Part shown: positions 1 through 9,001 of the stretch, piece by piece | Position numbering within the stretch: position 1 is the stretch's first letter | How the letters are laid out: the number at the start of each line of letters is the position of its first letter | DNA from: Deltaproteobacteria bacterium | GTDB taxonomy: Bacteria; Myxococcota_A; Bradymonadia; REDH01 | NCBI GenBank assembly: GCA_007693585.1 | Contig: REDH01000072.1 | Coordinates: 77,321-141,320 of the forward strand | DNA length: 64,000 nt | Reading direction: 5' to 3' | Notes under the pieces: generated by a model | What the model was told of the DNA's origin: nothing | The model's input: the letters and a program-made list of their open reading frames with translations, nothing else | Databases searched by the model: none | Made by a program: the position numbers and the translations under genes

Positions 1-1569
1 ACGATTGGTCAGGTAGACGATGCCCCCGACCACCACCACGAGCACGACGAACATCACCGCAAAGAACCGACGGTTCAGCCGGCTGCTGTCGGTGACCGGC
101 GTCTCCAGCACGATGCGCTGGGTGTGATGCTCCCGCAGCTTCTCGTCGTCATCTCCCACGGCGAACCAGGCCCCGCTGGTCATCGACCCGCCGGACACCT
201 CATCGTCGTCGTCCGCGGACGACCCGGACGAATCCACGGGTTCCCGGGGCGGCTCCACGTCTGCGGATGCGACGCCGGACGCAGCCGCAGAGGACTCGCC
301 GGAATCCTCCTCGCGAGCGCCCTTCCTCTTCCGCTTGCCCTTGCGCGTTCGCTTGCGGCTCGAGCGGGAAGACGGCTCCTGGTCCGGTGCATCATCAGAG
401 TCGGAATGGTCGTCCGCGGTCGCTTCGTCCGCGGTCGCGTGCGCCGAACCATCCGGCTCCGCGCCATCCGAACCGGAGGGTTCCGTTCCCGTCTCGGCAT
501 CCGCATCCGTGCTTTCCGGCGACGCAGCGGCCGTCCCGGAATCCTCGGCAGCGGCGTCCGCGCCGTCTTCCGAGCGGGCCGGACCCGGAGCTGCAGCCCC
601 GGACTCCTGCCCCGGTTCGGACACGGACGCCGCAGCACCCGCACCGAGCAGGCTTTCCCGCAACTCGGCTGCCCGTGCGGGCAGGTCACCGAGCGGCTCG
701 GATGGCGCATCGGGGCCGGACACGGCACCCACTGCCTCGAGCGCACGCCGGAACGCCACCGCGGTATCGAATCGGTTGCCCACTTCCTTCGCCAGCACCG
801 ACTGCAGAAGATCCTCCAGCCCGGAGTCCACCTCGAGACCAGGGCGCGCGAGACGCAGCGGCAGTGGCTTCTCGTAGATCTGTCGCCGAAGGGTGGTGTG
901 GACAGCATTGCTCTGAAACGGCGGCTTTCCGGCGATCATCTCGTAGATGATGAGCCCCACCACGTACAGATCGGAACGGATGTCCGGCCGCTGGCCCTGC
1001 GCCTGCTCGGGCGAGAAGTACTGCGGCAGGCCCACGTACCGCTCGGGCTCGGACCGACTCGTCCGGATCGGATCCGTCACGGCGTAGAGCTCGAACTGGT
1101 ACGGATCGGTCAGCACCACCGATGAGCCATCCTCACCGCCCACGGTGATCACCTTCCGCGGAGTCAGCCCCCCATGGGCACCCCCGATCCCGTGGAGCTC
1201 ATCGAGCGCATCGAGAATCCCGGCAGCCAGCGACAGCGCAGCCTCCACTCCCATCGGGCCCTCTTCCGCGAGCCGGGCGGCCAGGCTGCGGCCCTCCACC
1301 CAACCGGTCGCCAGCCAGCCTGCGCCGCCGCCGAGCCACCAGTCTACCACAGGAGGGGTCCGGCGCACTCCGGCGCCCGCCAGCCCCTGCATCCGCTCGG
1401 CAAGACGCCCGCTGGCTTCGACACTCGTCACGGCCCAGTCGTCGAAACACTTCACCGCGAGGGGGGGGCCACCCAGCGCCGACTCCGCACGGTGAACCTC
1501 GCCCAGCTCATCACGGCCCACGGAAGCGCCGAAATCGAATCGTTTCTTCGGATCCATCAGTCTCTGCAT
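1..1569 (-). CDS. Ser/Thr protein kinase-like protein, predicted catalytically inactive (pseudokinase), with an acidic/Ser-rich linker and a C-terminal TM helix. Partial: runs off the window start.
   Basis: Manual reverse-strand translation from ATG at 1569: MQRLMDPKKRFDFGASVGRDELGEVHRA...LAVKCFDD...HGIGGAHGGLTPRKVITV...TDPYQFELYAV...YFSPEQAQGQRPDIRSDLYVVGLIIYEMIAGKPPF. The activation-segment and subdomain IX motifs are kinase-like, but HRD is replaced by HGG, DFG by TDP, and the Gly-loop is degenerate. Not in the ORF track because it is edge-truncated. Confidence 0.6.
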   Translation of the reverse strand, partial: MQRLMDPKKRFDFGASVGRDELGEVHRAESALGGPPLAVKCFDDWAVTSVEASGRLAERMQGLAGAGVRRTPPVVDWWLGGGAGWLATGWVEGRSLAARLAEEGPMGVEAALSLAAGILDALDELHGIGGAHGGLTPRKVITVGGEDGSSVVLTDPYQFELYAVTDPIRTSRSEPERYVGLPQYFSPEQAQGQRPDIRSDLYVVGLIIYEMIAGKPPFQSNAVHTTLRRQIYEKPLPLRLARPGLEVDSGLEDLLQSVLAKEVGNRFDTAVAFRRALEAVGAVSGPDAPSEPLGDLPARAAELRESLLGAGAAASVSEPGQESGAAAPGPARSEDGADAAAEDSGTAAASPESTDADAETGTEPSGSDGAEPDGSAHATADEATADDHSDSDDAPDQEPSSRSSRKRTRKGKRKRKGAREEDSGESSAAASGVASADVEPPREPVDSSGSSADDDDEVSGGSMTSGAWFAVGDDDEKLREHHTQRIVLETPVTDSSRLNRRFFAVMFVVLVVVVGGIVYLTNR

Positions 1570-1782
1570 GGAGAATACGGAGATCGACGAAGCGGCGGGT
1601 CCGCCTCGCTGCGCAGCGCGCTATAGCGCATCCCGCAGGCCAGTGCGACGATCTTCCTGCAGGCATGGTCGCCACGCCCGGAACAGGCTAGGATGCAGCC
1701 GCCCCGGCCAGGAGTTCGTCACGAACTCGAGCACGGAGCAAGGGACCGACCACGATCCACTCGCCACCCGGACACAGAACGC

Positions 1783-2220
1783 ATGCCGCCCACCGCCGAT
1801 TCCAGCCCACCCCGCACGCCGCCCCACAGGCAGGACGAGGACAGCGCCCTGCCCGACCCCCAGTCCTGCCGCGAGAACGCGAGCGGACTCGGAAGCGGGA
1901 GACTCGTCGCGCTCTGCAGCCCCGACCGAACCGGCGCGCAACGCCGTCACCTCCGCGGGCTCGGGCACAGACTCCAGCCCACCGTGCAGATCGGACACCA
2001 GGGCCTGCACCCGGGAATCGCCAGCGCGCTGCGACGGGCCCTCCTCGAACACGAGCTGATCAAGGTCCGCCTGCTCGACACCTGCCCCGAAGATCACGGC
2101 ACCTGTGCACTGTGGATCCACGCCGCGACCCAGGCCGACGTCGTGCAGATCCTCGGACGAACCATGCTCGTCTACGCGCCTCACCCCGAGAAGCCCCGCA
2201 TCCGACTGCCCGGAGCATGA
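1783..2220 (+). CDS. yhbY: YhbY/CRS1-family (CRM domain) RNA-binding ribosome assembly protein. Start uncertain: the ORF opens at 1693 and the first ATG is at 1783.
   Basis: C-terminal half LTGAQRRHLRGLGHRLQPTVQIGHQGLHPGIASALRRALLEHELIKVRLLDTCPEDHGTCALWIHAATQADVVQILGRTMLVYAPHPEKP aligns motif-by-motif with E. coli YhbY. GC3-rich codons. Confidence 0.6.
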   Translation: MPPTADSSPPRTPPHRQDEDSALPDPQSCRENASGLGSGRLVALCSPDRTGAQRRHLRGLGHRLQPTVQIGHQGLHPGIASALRRALLEHELIKVRLLDTCPEDHGTCALWIHAATQADVVQILGRTMLVYAPHPEKPRIRLPGA

Positions 2221-2263
2221 CGCCCCGGCCGCACCCCCAGAGCACCCGCCCCCGACCCGCCCC

Positions 2264-2914
2264 ATGAAGACGATCGAGATCGACAGCACAAACCCCCGGC
2301 CCGACCTCCTGAACGCGGCAGTCTCAACCCTGCGGGAAGGATCGCTGGCCGTCGTCGCCACGGACACCGCCTGGTCCATCGTCGGCGACCCGTTCCAGAC
2401 GGCCACCGTCCAGCGCCTGGCCAGACTCCGCGAACGACACGCCGGATCCCAGGAGGAGTCGAAGCGCAAGGCCGCTCAGCCCATGAGCCTGCTCTTCGGC
2501 GAGGTCGCGGACTGCGGCCGTTACGTCCTCCTCGATCAGCCGCAATTCCGCTTCCTCCGACGACTGCTCCCGGGACCCTACACCATGCTGCTCCCAGCCT
2601 CCCGAGAAGTACCACGCCTCCTCCAGACCCGGAGAAAGGCCGTCGGCGTCCGCGTCCCCGACCACCCCGTCTGCAACATGCTCCTCCGCCTCCTCGGCGC
2701 GCCGCTCACCGCTTGCACCGCACGAGCCCAGGACGGCGAGATCCTCCTCTCCGGAACCGACATCGAACAGGCCCTCGACCGCGACGTCGCCCTCTTCATC
2801 GAAACCGAACCCTTTCTCCCGGAACCCTCCACCGTGATCGACTACACCGGAGACAGCCCCATCCTTCTCCGCGCAGGCAAGGGGCCGATCGAGGACGACT
2901 GGCTCGCGCCGTAG
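2264..2914 (+). CDS. tsaC: L-threonylcarbamoyladenylate synthase (YrdC/TsaC family)
   Basis: MKTIEIDSTNPRPDLLNAAVSTLREGSLAVVATDTAWSIVGDPF...VGVRVPDHPVCNMLLRLLGAPLTACTA is a typical YrdC-domain signature. The internal ATG at 2264 is preferred over the ORF start at 2105. Confidence 0.6.
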   Translation: MKTIEIDSTNPRPDLLNAAVSTLREGSLAVVATDTAWSIVGDPFQTATVQRLARLRERHAGSQEESKRKAAQPMSLLFGEVADCGRYVLLDQPQFRFLRRLLPGPYTMLLPASREVPRLLQTRRKAVGVRVPDHPVCNMLLRLLGAPLTACTARAQDGEILLSGTDIEQALDRDVALFIETEPFLPEPSTVIDYTGDSPILLRAGKGPIEDDWLAP

Positions 2915-3154
2915 CACGCCGCGCCGAATCCGCCTGCACCACGGACGCCACATTGACGTCGCACGCCGATCACGCTAGCGTCCCGGCGCCGTTAGAATCC
3001 TGACAGCACCCCGATCGACCCAAGTTCAGCCACTTATACCACTCAACGACCGACACGCGGCTCTGGCCTGCATATTGCTTCCCATGAAGGCGGCGCACCG
3101 CCCGAACGGGGCCCCCACCGCAGCGTCAACCCGATTCCCCCCCAGGAGATTCCG

Positions 3155-4246
3155 TTGAACTCCATTCGCATCTTCCCCATCCTCTGCGGCCTCCTGCTCG
3201 CGCTACCGGTCACCGCCGCTGCCGATCAGGCAGACGCCGGCGATACGCTCGTCGCGCAGGCCACGATCACCGGCGGGGCCGGCAGCCCGGACGAACAGCT
3301 CATCGCGGACGCCGCGGACGCCACGGACGAACCCAGCGAGACGTCCGGACTCCCGATCACGCTGAACGCCTCACTGTCGTTCCAGTCGACGCTCGGACAC
3401 CTCTTCCGGGACTCCCTGCAGGCCCGAAGCGGCATGTCGAGCAGCCTCGGACTCAGCGCCTCCTACCAGTTCGCCCCCAGCGTCAGCGCCTCGCTCTCCG
3501 GCGGCTACCTGCAGTACCTGACCCGGTACGGCGGCTCCGTCAGCCGCTACGAGGGGCGATTCCAGGACATCACCGTCGGCGCCAGCCACGCCTCCGTCTG
3601 GCGTGAACCGACCACCGGCATCAACCTCGCCCTCGGCGGAAGCGCCATCCTGCCCACCTCCGCAGCCAGCCGGTTCACCCAGCTCTACACGACCCTCGGG
3701 GCCTCCATGACCCTCAGTCGGTCCTTCGGCGGCTTCAGCCTCAGCCTCCAGCAGCGCGGTTCGAAGAACTTTCACCGCTACACCTCGATCGTGGCCGACC
3801 TCGACCGCTACCCCATCGACGCCCTCGCCCGCGCCGAGTCCATCGAACGCATCACCGAAACCCGCGTCGCCCTCCAGACCGGACTGCTCACCAGCCACGC
3901 GCTCGCGACCCAGCTCACCGCCGCCTACCGGATCATCCCCGGACTCTCGGTGTCCGCCTCGTACGCCCTCAGCAACTCCTGGACCTACGACAACGGAACC
4001 ATCACCGAGCAGGACGAGTTCACCTCGCCCAACGCCCGGGTCGGTCGCGGATACCGCCAGGGGTCACTCGGCTCCTTCGGCGTCCGGTACGCGTTCCTCG
4101 ACCACTACAGCGCAGGACTGAACTTCAGCACCGCCATGTCCCCGAGGTCCGCCGACAACAGCCGGCTGCGATTCCCGTTCTGGGACTTCGAGAGCGGCAA
4201 CCTGCAGTACACCACCGTCTCCCTGTCCCTCTCCGGCTCCTACTGA
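3155..4246 (+). CDS. Secreted, probably outer-membrane beta-barrel protein. Signal peptide, S/T/G/Y-rich, C-terminal aromatic residue.
   Basis: TTG start preceded by AGGAGA. N-terminus MNSIRIFPILCGLLLALPVTAAA is a signal peptide. Alternating hydrophobic pattern, and the protein ends ...SLSLSGSY (terminal Tyr, as in the OMP beta-signal). Its stop overlaps the start region of the downstream metalloprotease ORF (TGATG). Confidence 0.45.
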   Translation: MNSIRIFPILCGLLLALPVTAAADQADAGDTLVAQATITGGAGSPDEQLIADAADATDEPSETSGLPITLNASLSFQSTLGHLFRDSLQARSGMSSSLGLSASYQFAPSVSASLSGGYLQYLTRYGGSVSRYEGRFQDITVGASHASVWREPTTGINLALGGSAILPTSAASRFTQLYTTLGASMTLSRSFGGFSLSLQQRGSKNFHRYTSIVADLDRYPIDALARAESIERITETRVALQTGLLTSHALATQLTAAYRIIPGLSVSASYALSNSWTYDNGTITEQDEFTSPNARVGRGYRQGSLGSFGVRYAFLDHYSAGLNFSTAMSPRSADNSRLRFPFWDFESGNLQYTTVSLSLSGSY

Positions 4247-4311
4247 TGAACACCGCCGAACAACACCACGAACACGCCTCGATCCACCCTCCCCGTATGG
4301 AGACGCCTCCC

Positions 4312-7300
4312 ATGAGCCCACGCTGGACCCTCCCCGCACTCCTGGCCCTCGTCGCCCTGCTCGCAGGTTGCGCCGAGCAGGTCGGTGACATCGACCGAAC
4401 ACAGCCCAACCGACTCTCCAAGGACGCGCTCCAGGGCGAGTGGTACTACCGCCAGACCGTGGTCGACGTGAACGCCAGCGCCATGAGCACCTTCGTGGCC
4501 TTCCAGGCGGACATGTCCCGCGTGACCTTCGACATCGAGGAACAACTCCTCCTCGTGCGGCGGGTTGACGAGGACATCGTCGGCGCCGATCGCACCCCCA
4601 GCCGCGCCAACCCGCGCGGGACCGAAGGCGAAAGCGTCGTGGCCGCATTCCCCATCTCCGGTCACTTCGACATCATCCGCCAGTACAACAGCAGCACCGG
4701 CGAACAGACCAACGTCATCGTCGAAAACGCCTCCGACCGCCCGTGGTACGAGCGCGAGTACATGCGCATCGACTGGCGGCGAAACACCATCGACACCGAC
4801 TTCGACCCCATCATCCCCATGACCCAGCGGGCCAACGCCAGCATCGCCCCGCAGGATCACGACGGAACCTGGTTCGTCGAGTTCGACGACGAAGGAAACG
4901 CCACCTACATCGACGTGCTCCACACCTACATCATGACCCCGGACTGGCTCCAGTGCGTCCTCCGCTTCGGCTTCCCCCTTTACGGAGGCTGGTGCGGCAC
5001 CGAGACCGTCACCGTCCGCACCTCCATGATGCGCATCACCGAAGACAGCGACTACATCCCGCGCATCTACAGCGACCTCGACATGAACCGCTTCGGCTTC
5101 TTCCGCACCGAGCGACAGACCGATGACATCTGGCACGGCGCCCGCGACGCCGGCCGCGTCGAGCTCGCCAACCGCTGGAACATCTGGCTCCGCAGCCTCG
5201 ACGACGACGGCAACCCGCTCCCCTACGCCGAGCGCGGCGTCCGACCCATCGTCTTCTACGCCAGCTACCCCTTCCCCGAAGACCTCGTCGGACCCTCCTA
5301 CGAAGTCGCCGAACAGTGGAGCTTCGCCTTCCGACGAACCGTCGCCGGACTCCTGGGACACAACGACATCAGCCAGGTCCCCAGGATGATGTACTTCTGC
5401 CTCAACCCGGGCGGCGATGACCTCGAACCCAGCGAGGAGTTCGCCGACGAGGAACTCACGCGGATCGCCTACGACGTCTCCAACGAGGGCTACCGCGAAG
5501 GCTGGTGCCAGAGCCCCGGCACCATCAAGAACCACGGCGACCTCCGCTACAGCTTCTTCAACTGGATCGACCACCGACAGGCCGGACCCCTCGGCTACGG
5601 ACCGTCCAGCGCAGACCCGCTCACCGGCGAGATCGTCAACGCCAACGCAAACATGTACGGCCAGGCCGTCAACACCATCGCCCAGAACACCCTCAACCTG
5701 GTCCGCATCATCAACGGTACCCTCACCCCCGAGGACATCGGACTCGGACGCGTCCACCAACAGTACTTCGACGCCATCCGCGCTCGCGGAAACGCCGACC
5801 TCTTCTTCGGCCAGCGCAACAAGGACGGACAACTCCTGCAGACCGGCAACATCGAGCAGGCACGACTGCACCTGAACGAACGCGCCGATTACCTCGCCTC
5901 CGCACGAGACATGGTCGCCAACAGCGGCGCCTTCCTCTCCGTGGTCAACGAAGGCCTCCACCACCTCCAACTGCGCAACGAGCGGCAGCGGACCCGTCTC
6001 CCCGAACTGCGCGACACCACCATCGAACGCGCACTCATCACCCCCGAGCTCAAGCAGGGACTCTCCCTCGGACAGCTCGATGCCGGTGACGGCGTCCCCG
6101 ACGACATGATGGACATCATCTCCCCCATCCGCGCCCTCTCCCTCGACGCGTTCCAGCGCATCCACGACCGAAAGCACAGGGAGCTCCTCGCGCGCTCCAT
6201 CCACTTCGCCGAAGACTTCGACGGACGAATGCTCGCTTTCGCCCGACGCATGGCCTCCCTCGAACAGGAACTGATCGAGATCCACGGCGATGACCGCGAG
6301 ACCGTCGAGAACCTCCTGCGACGGTACATCCGCCGGCACATCTACCGCTCCGTCCAGGAACACGAGGTCGGACACACCATCGGACTCCGGCACAACTTCG
6401 AAGCCACCATGGACTCGATGAACTACTTCCCCTCCTACTGGGCGCTCCGCGAACAGCACACGTTCAACGAGGACTGCGACCAGGTCGGGTACCGCTCCTT
6501 CGACACCACCGGCCTCGCCGAAGGCCGGCCCGCCGGCGCCCGCTGCGGGGAAACCGCCGCCGAACGTGAGGCACGCCACGCCGAAGCGTTCACCAACCTC
6601 CAGGCCGGAGGCATCTGGGACTACTCCTACGCCTCCATCATGGACTACGGGCAGCTCATCAACGCCCTCGCCGGACTCGGCCTCTACGACTACGCCGCCA
6701 TCGCCTACGGATACGGCGACCTCGTCGAGGTCTGGAACCGTCCCAGCCGACCCTACCGCCTCGAGATCAACCAGCGACGCAACGCCGCCGGCAACTTCTC
6801 CGCCAGCGCCTCCGACATGAGCCGCAGCGGCCAGCGCGTCTTCGACCCCCGCGGCGAAGACGTCGCCCTCATCAATGACTTCAACAGCGAAGGACGGCTG
6901 CTCATCGAACGCGAACAGCGGCGCACCCCATGGACCTACTGGCACTACAGCGTCCTGCCCGTGATGTTCGACCAGGTGCGGAGCGCCCCCCGCGCCGAGG
7001 AACGAAACCGCGTCGAGTTCGCCGAGGAAGAGTTCGGCCTCTGGGGGCCGTCCTTCGACTTCTCCGGCGTGGAGGGCATGTGGGCCATGTATGACCGACA
7101 GCTCGTCCCCAGGGAGACCGCCGTCGCCGAGAACGCCATCCAGGTGCCCTACCGCTTCTGCTCCGACGAGTTCCGCGGTGCCTCCGCCTACTGCCGCCTC
7201 TGGGCCAACGGCGCCGACGAGTACGAAGTGTTCGTCAACATGCGCGACCAGTACGAGAACTACTACATGATCGAGCAGTTCCGCGCGGGCCGCGCCGGCT

Positions 7301-8526
7301 GGGGACTCAACCTTCTCCCCATCTACAACCGCCTGCTCGGACGCACCATGTACCCGGCACTCAACGCCTACCAGTACTTCCTCATCAACGCCTCCAGCCG
7401 CGGACCGGAGTGGTACAACGCCCCCTGGGGCGGGCAGCACGCCTTCAACGCCGCCATCGAGGGCATCAACTTCCTCGGCGATGTCATCACCACCCCCGCC
7501 CCCGGAACCTACGCCTGGGACGAGCGGGAGGGCACCTTCATGAACATCAGCGAGGACGTCGGCTTCACCGTCGACGAAAACGACGAGGAGTTCGGGTTCC
7601 TCGACCCGGACCAGTTCCTCGACATCCGCGTCGAGGACGGCGCGCGCTTCGGCGCCTCCCGGTTCCGCCGACTGCAGGACCCCGATCGGCCCGGCGAGGA
7701 CCCGGTCCGGGGATACTACGCCCACCTGCAGACCGAGATCATGTCCCACTTCTGGGCCAAGCTCGCCGCCATCACCGCGCTCACCTCGGGTGCCGTCGAC
7801 GTCATCGGCGCCGACACCAGCTCCGACGCATCCGCGTTCTTCATCCCCGCGTTTCTCATCTTCCCCGATGACATGACCCGATTCTTCGGCTCCATCATCG
7901 CGGAAGACTTCAGCAACGTCGGTCGTTGCGCGCGGCAGACCGCCGACGGATGGTCCATCAGCTCCATCGACCTCATCCGTACCGGAGCCGGCTGCAGCAC
8001 CGGACGACTGGTCAACCCCAACACCACGGTGTTCGGCAACCGGGACTTCAACATGCGGCTCTTCACCACCGTCTACGCCGCCTCGGAACTCAGCCAGAAC
8101 CTCGATCTGGACTGGATCAACCGATCCGCCATCTTCCTCGCCGGACGAGGAGAGCAGATCGACAGCTGCGCGTTCGGACCCGACGCCGATGACCCGAGCT
8201 GCAACGCCCAGGCCATCAGCTACACGGACCCACAGGGCTACACCTACGTCTCCGTCGCACCGCGGTTCCGCGCCGGGTCGACCAGCGTCATCGATCCCCT
8301 CGGCAGCCGCGAGGACTGGCACGCCGGCTGGCAGATGGTCCAGCGCGCCATCGACCTCGAGACCGAACTCCAGGAGATCCGCGCCGCCGAAGGCGAGTCT
8401 TCCGAGTTCTTCCGGATCCGCAACCGGCGAAACAGCCACATCGAGACCATGCGCTTCGCCCTCGAGACGAACCGCCACCTCGGCACCATGTGGAACCATC
8501 AGGATCAGTTCATCCGATTCGACTGA
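4312..8526 (+). CDS. Large (about 1,400 aa) secreted zinc metalloprotease lipoprotein. HEXXH zincin, reminiscent of the DUF4953-type zinc-dependent metalloprotease family.
   Basis: Lipoprotein signal MSPRWTLPALLALVALLAGC (lipobox LAGC). Zinc-binding motif HEVGHTIGLRHNFEA, with a downstream SIMDYGQ Met-turn-like segment. The ORF opens at 4246, but the signal peptide and an RBS favour 4312. Confidence 0.6.
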   Translation: MSPRWTLPALLALVALLAGCAEQVGDIDRTQPNRLSKDALQGEWYYRQTVVDVNASAMSTFVAFQADMSRVTFDIEEQLLLVRRVDEDIVGADRTPSRANPRGTEGESVVAAFPISGHFDIIRQYNSSTGEQTNVIVENASDRPWYEREYMRIDWRRNTIDTDFDPIIPMTQRANASIAPQDHDGTWFVEFDDEGNATYIDVLHTYIMTPDWLQCVLRFGFPLYGGWCGTETVTVRTSMMRITEDSDYIPRIYSDLDMNRFGFFRTERQTDDIWHGARDAGRVELANRWNIWLRSLDDDGNPLPYAERGVRPIVFYASYPFPEDLVGPSYEVAEQWSFAFRRTVAGLLGHNDISQVPRMMYFCLNPGGDDLEPSEEFADEELTRIAYDVSNEGYREGWCQSPGTIKNHGDLRYSFFNWIDHRQAGPLGYGPSSADPLTGEIVNANANMYGQAVNTIAQNTLNLVRIINGTLTPEDIGLGRVHQQYFDAIRARGNADLFFGQRNKDGQLLQTGNIEQARLHLNERADYLASARDMVANSGAFLSVVNEGLHHLQLRNERQRTRLPELRDTTIERALITPELKQGLSLGQLDAGDGVPDDMMDIISPIRALSLDAFQRIHDRKHRELLARSIHFAEDFDGRMLAFARRMASLEQELIEIHGDDRETVENLLRRYIRRHIYRSVQEHEVGHTIGLRHNFEATMDSMNYFPSYWALREQHTFNEDCDQVGYRSFDTTGLAEGRPAGARCGETAAEREARHAEAFTNLQAGGIWDYSYASIMDYGQLINALAGLGLYDYAAIAYGYGDLVEVWNRPSRPYRLEINQRRNAAGNFSASASDMSRSGQRVFDPRGEDVALINDFNSEGRLLIEREQRRTPWTYWHYSVLPVMFDQVRSAPRAEERNRVEFAEEEFGLWGPSFDFSGVEGMWAMYDRQLVPRETAVAENAIQVPYRFCSDEFRGASAYCRLWANGADEYEVFVNMRDQYENYYMIEQFRAGRAGWGLNLLPIYNRLLGRTMYPALNAYQYFLINASSRGPEWYNAPWGGQHAFNAAIEGINFLGDVITTPAPGTYAWDEREGTFMNISEDVGFTVDENDEEFGFLDPDQFLDIRVEDGARFGASRFRRLQDPDRPGEDPVRGYYAHLQTEIMSHFWAKLAAITALTSGAVDVIGADTSSDASAFFIPAFLIFPDDMTRFFGSIIAEDFSNVGRCARQTADGWSISSIDLIRTGAGCSTGRLVNPNTTVFGNRDFNMRLFTTVYAASELSQNLDLDWINRSAIFLAGRGEQIDSCAFGPDADDPSCNAQAISYTDPQGYTYVSVAPRFRAGSTSVIDPLGSREDWHAGWQMVQRAIDLETELQEIRAAEGESSEFFRIRNRRNSHIETMRFALETNRHLGTMWNHQDQFIRFD

Positions 8527-8554
8527 GCCCCACGGCCCAGGCCCGTCCATCCAG

Positions 8555-8591
8555 CGCCGCAGCCTTCACAGGCTGCGGCGCTCCGCGTTTT
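8555..8591 (+). terminator. Putative intrinsic terminator after the metalloprotease gene
   Basis: Perfect 10-bp stem cgccgcagcc / ggctgcggcg with a ttcaca loop, followed by ctccgcgtttt. The T-run is short, so this is a weak-to-moderate call. Confidence 0.4.
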
Positions 8592-9001
8592 GGGGGGACA
8601 CCCCCCCGGGGACCACCGACCCCCCGGCCCATGGGGGACTCCAGCACCACAGCCACGACACACCGAAGCCCGTCGCACCGCCGAGTATCCTCCCCAAACG
8701 GGCCAGCACGAGACCCAGCACGGCGCGGTCGTGGACCCGCGTCAACGGAACGCAGCGAAGGCCGACAGGCCCGGCGACCCGCGCACGGCGCGAGTACCCC
8801 CCGGACAGGTGACCGCCAGCGGGACGGCGATTCGCCTCGACCCAACCACCCGACAGGAAAGTCGAGCGCACCGGACCCGCTCCGCCCGCGCGCACGTCAG
8901 CAGCCGCGCGCCGGACCGGAGGCTGAGCCCCGGGGGACGGGCCACACGCTGTGAAGCCGCGGACACGGCCTCCCCCCGGTCCACAGGGGACGAAACCTGC
9001 C

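Noticed and set aside
124-1125. Plus-strand ORFs (124..1125 and 267..950) and other small ORFs at the window start
   Set aside because: Arg/Pro/Gly-rich low-complexity translations antisense to the acidic linker of the kinase-like gene. They are not supported by any motif.
1621-2469. 282-aa minus-strand ORF spanning yhbY and the 5' end of tsaC
   Set aside because: Antisense to two genes with clear family signatures. No motifs.
4240-8550. 1436-aa minus-strand ORF antisense to the metalloprotease gene
   Set aside because: It mirrors the plus-strand gene exactly and is dominated by Gly/Ala/Val/Asp from GC-rich antisense codons, with no recognisable motifs. The plus-strand product has a lipoprotein signal and an HEXXH site. 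This is a typical high-GC antisense ORF artefact.
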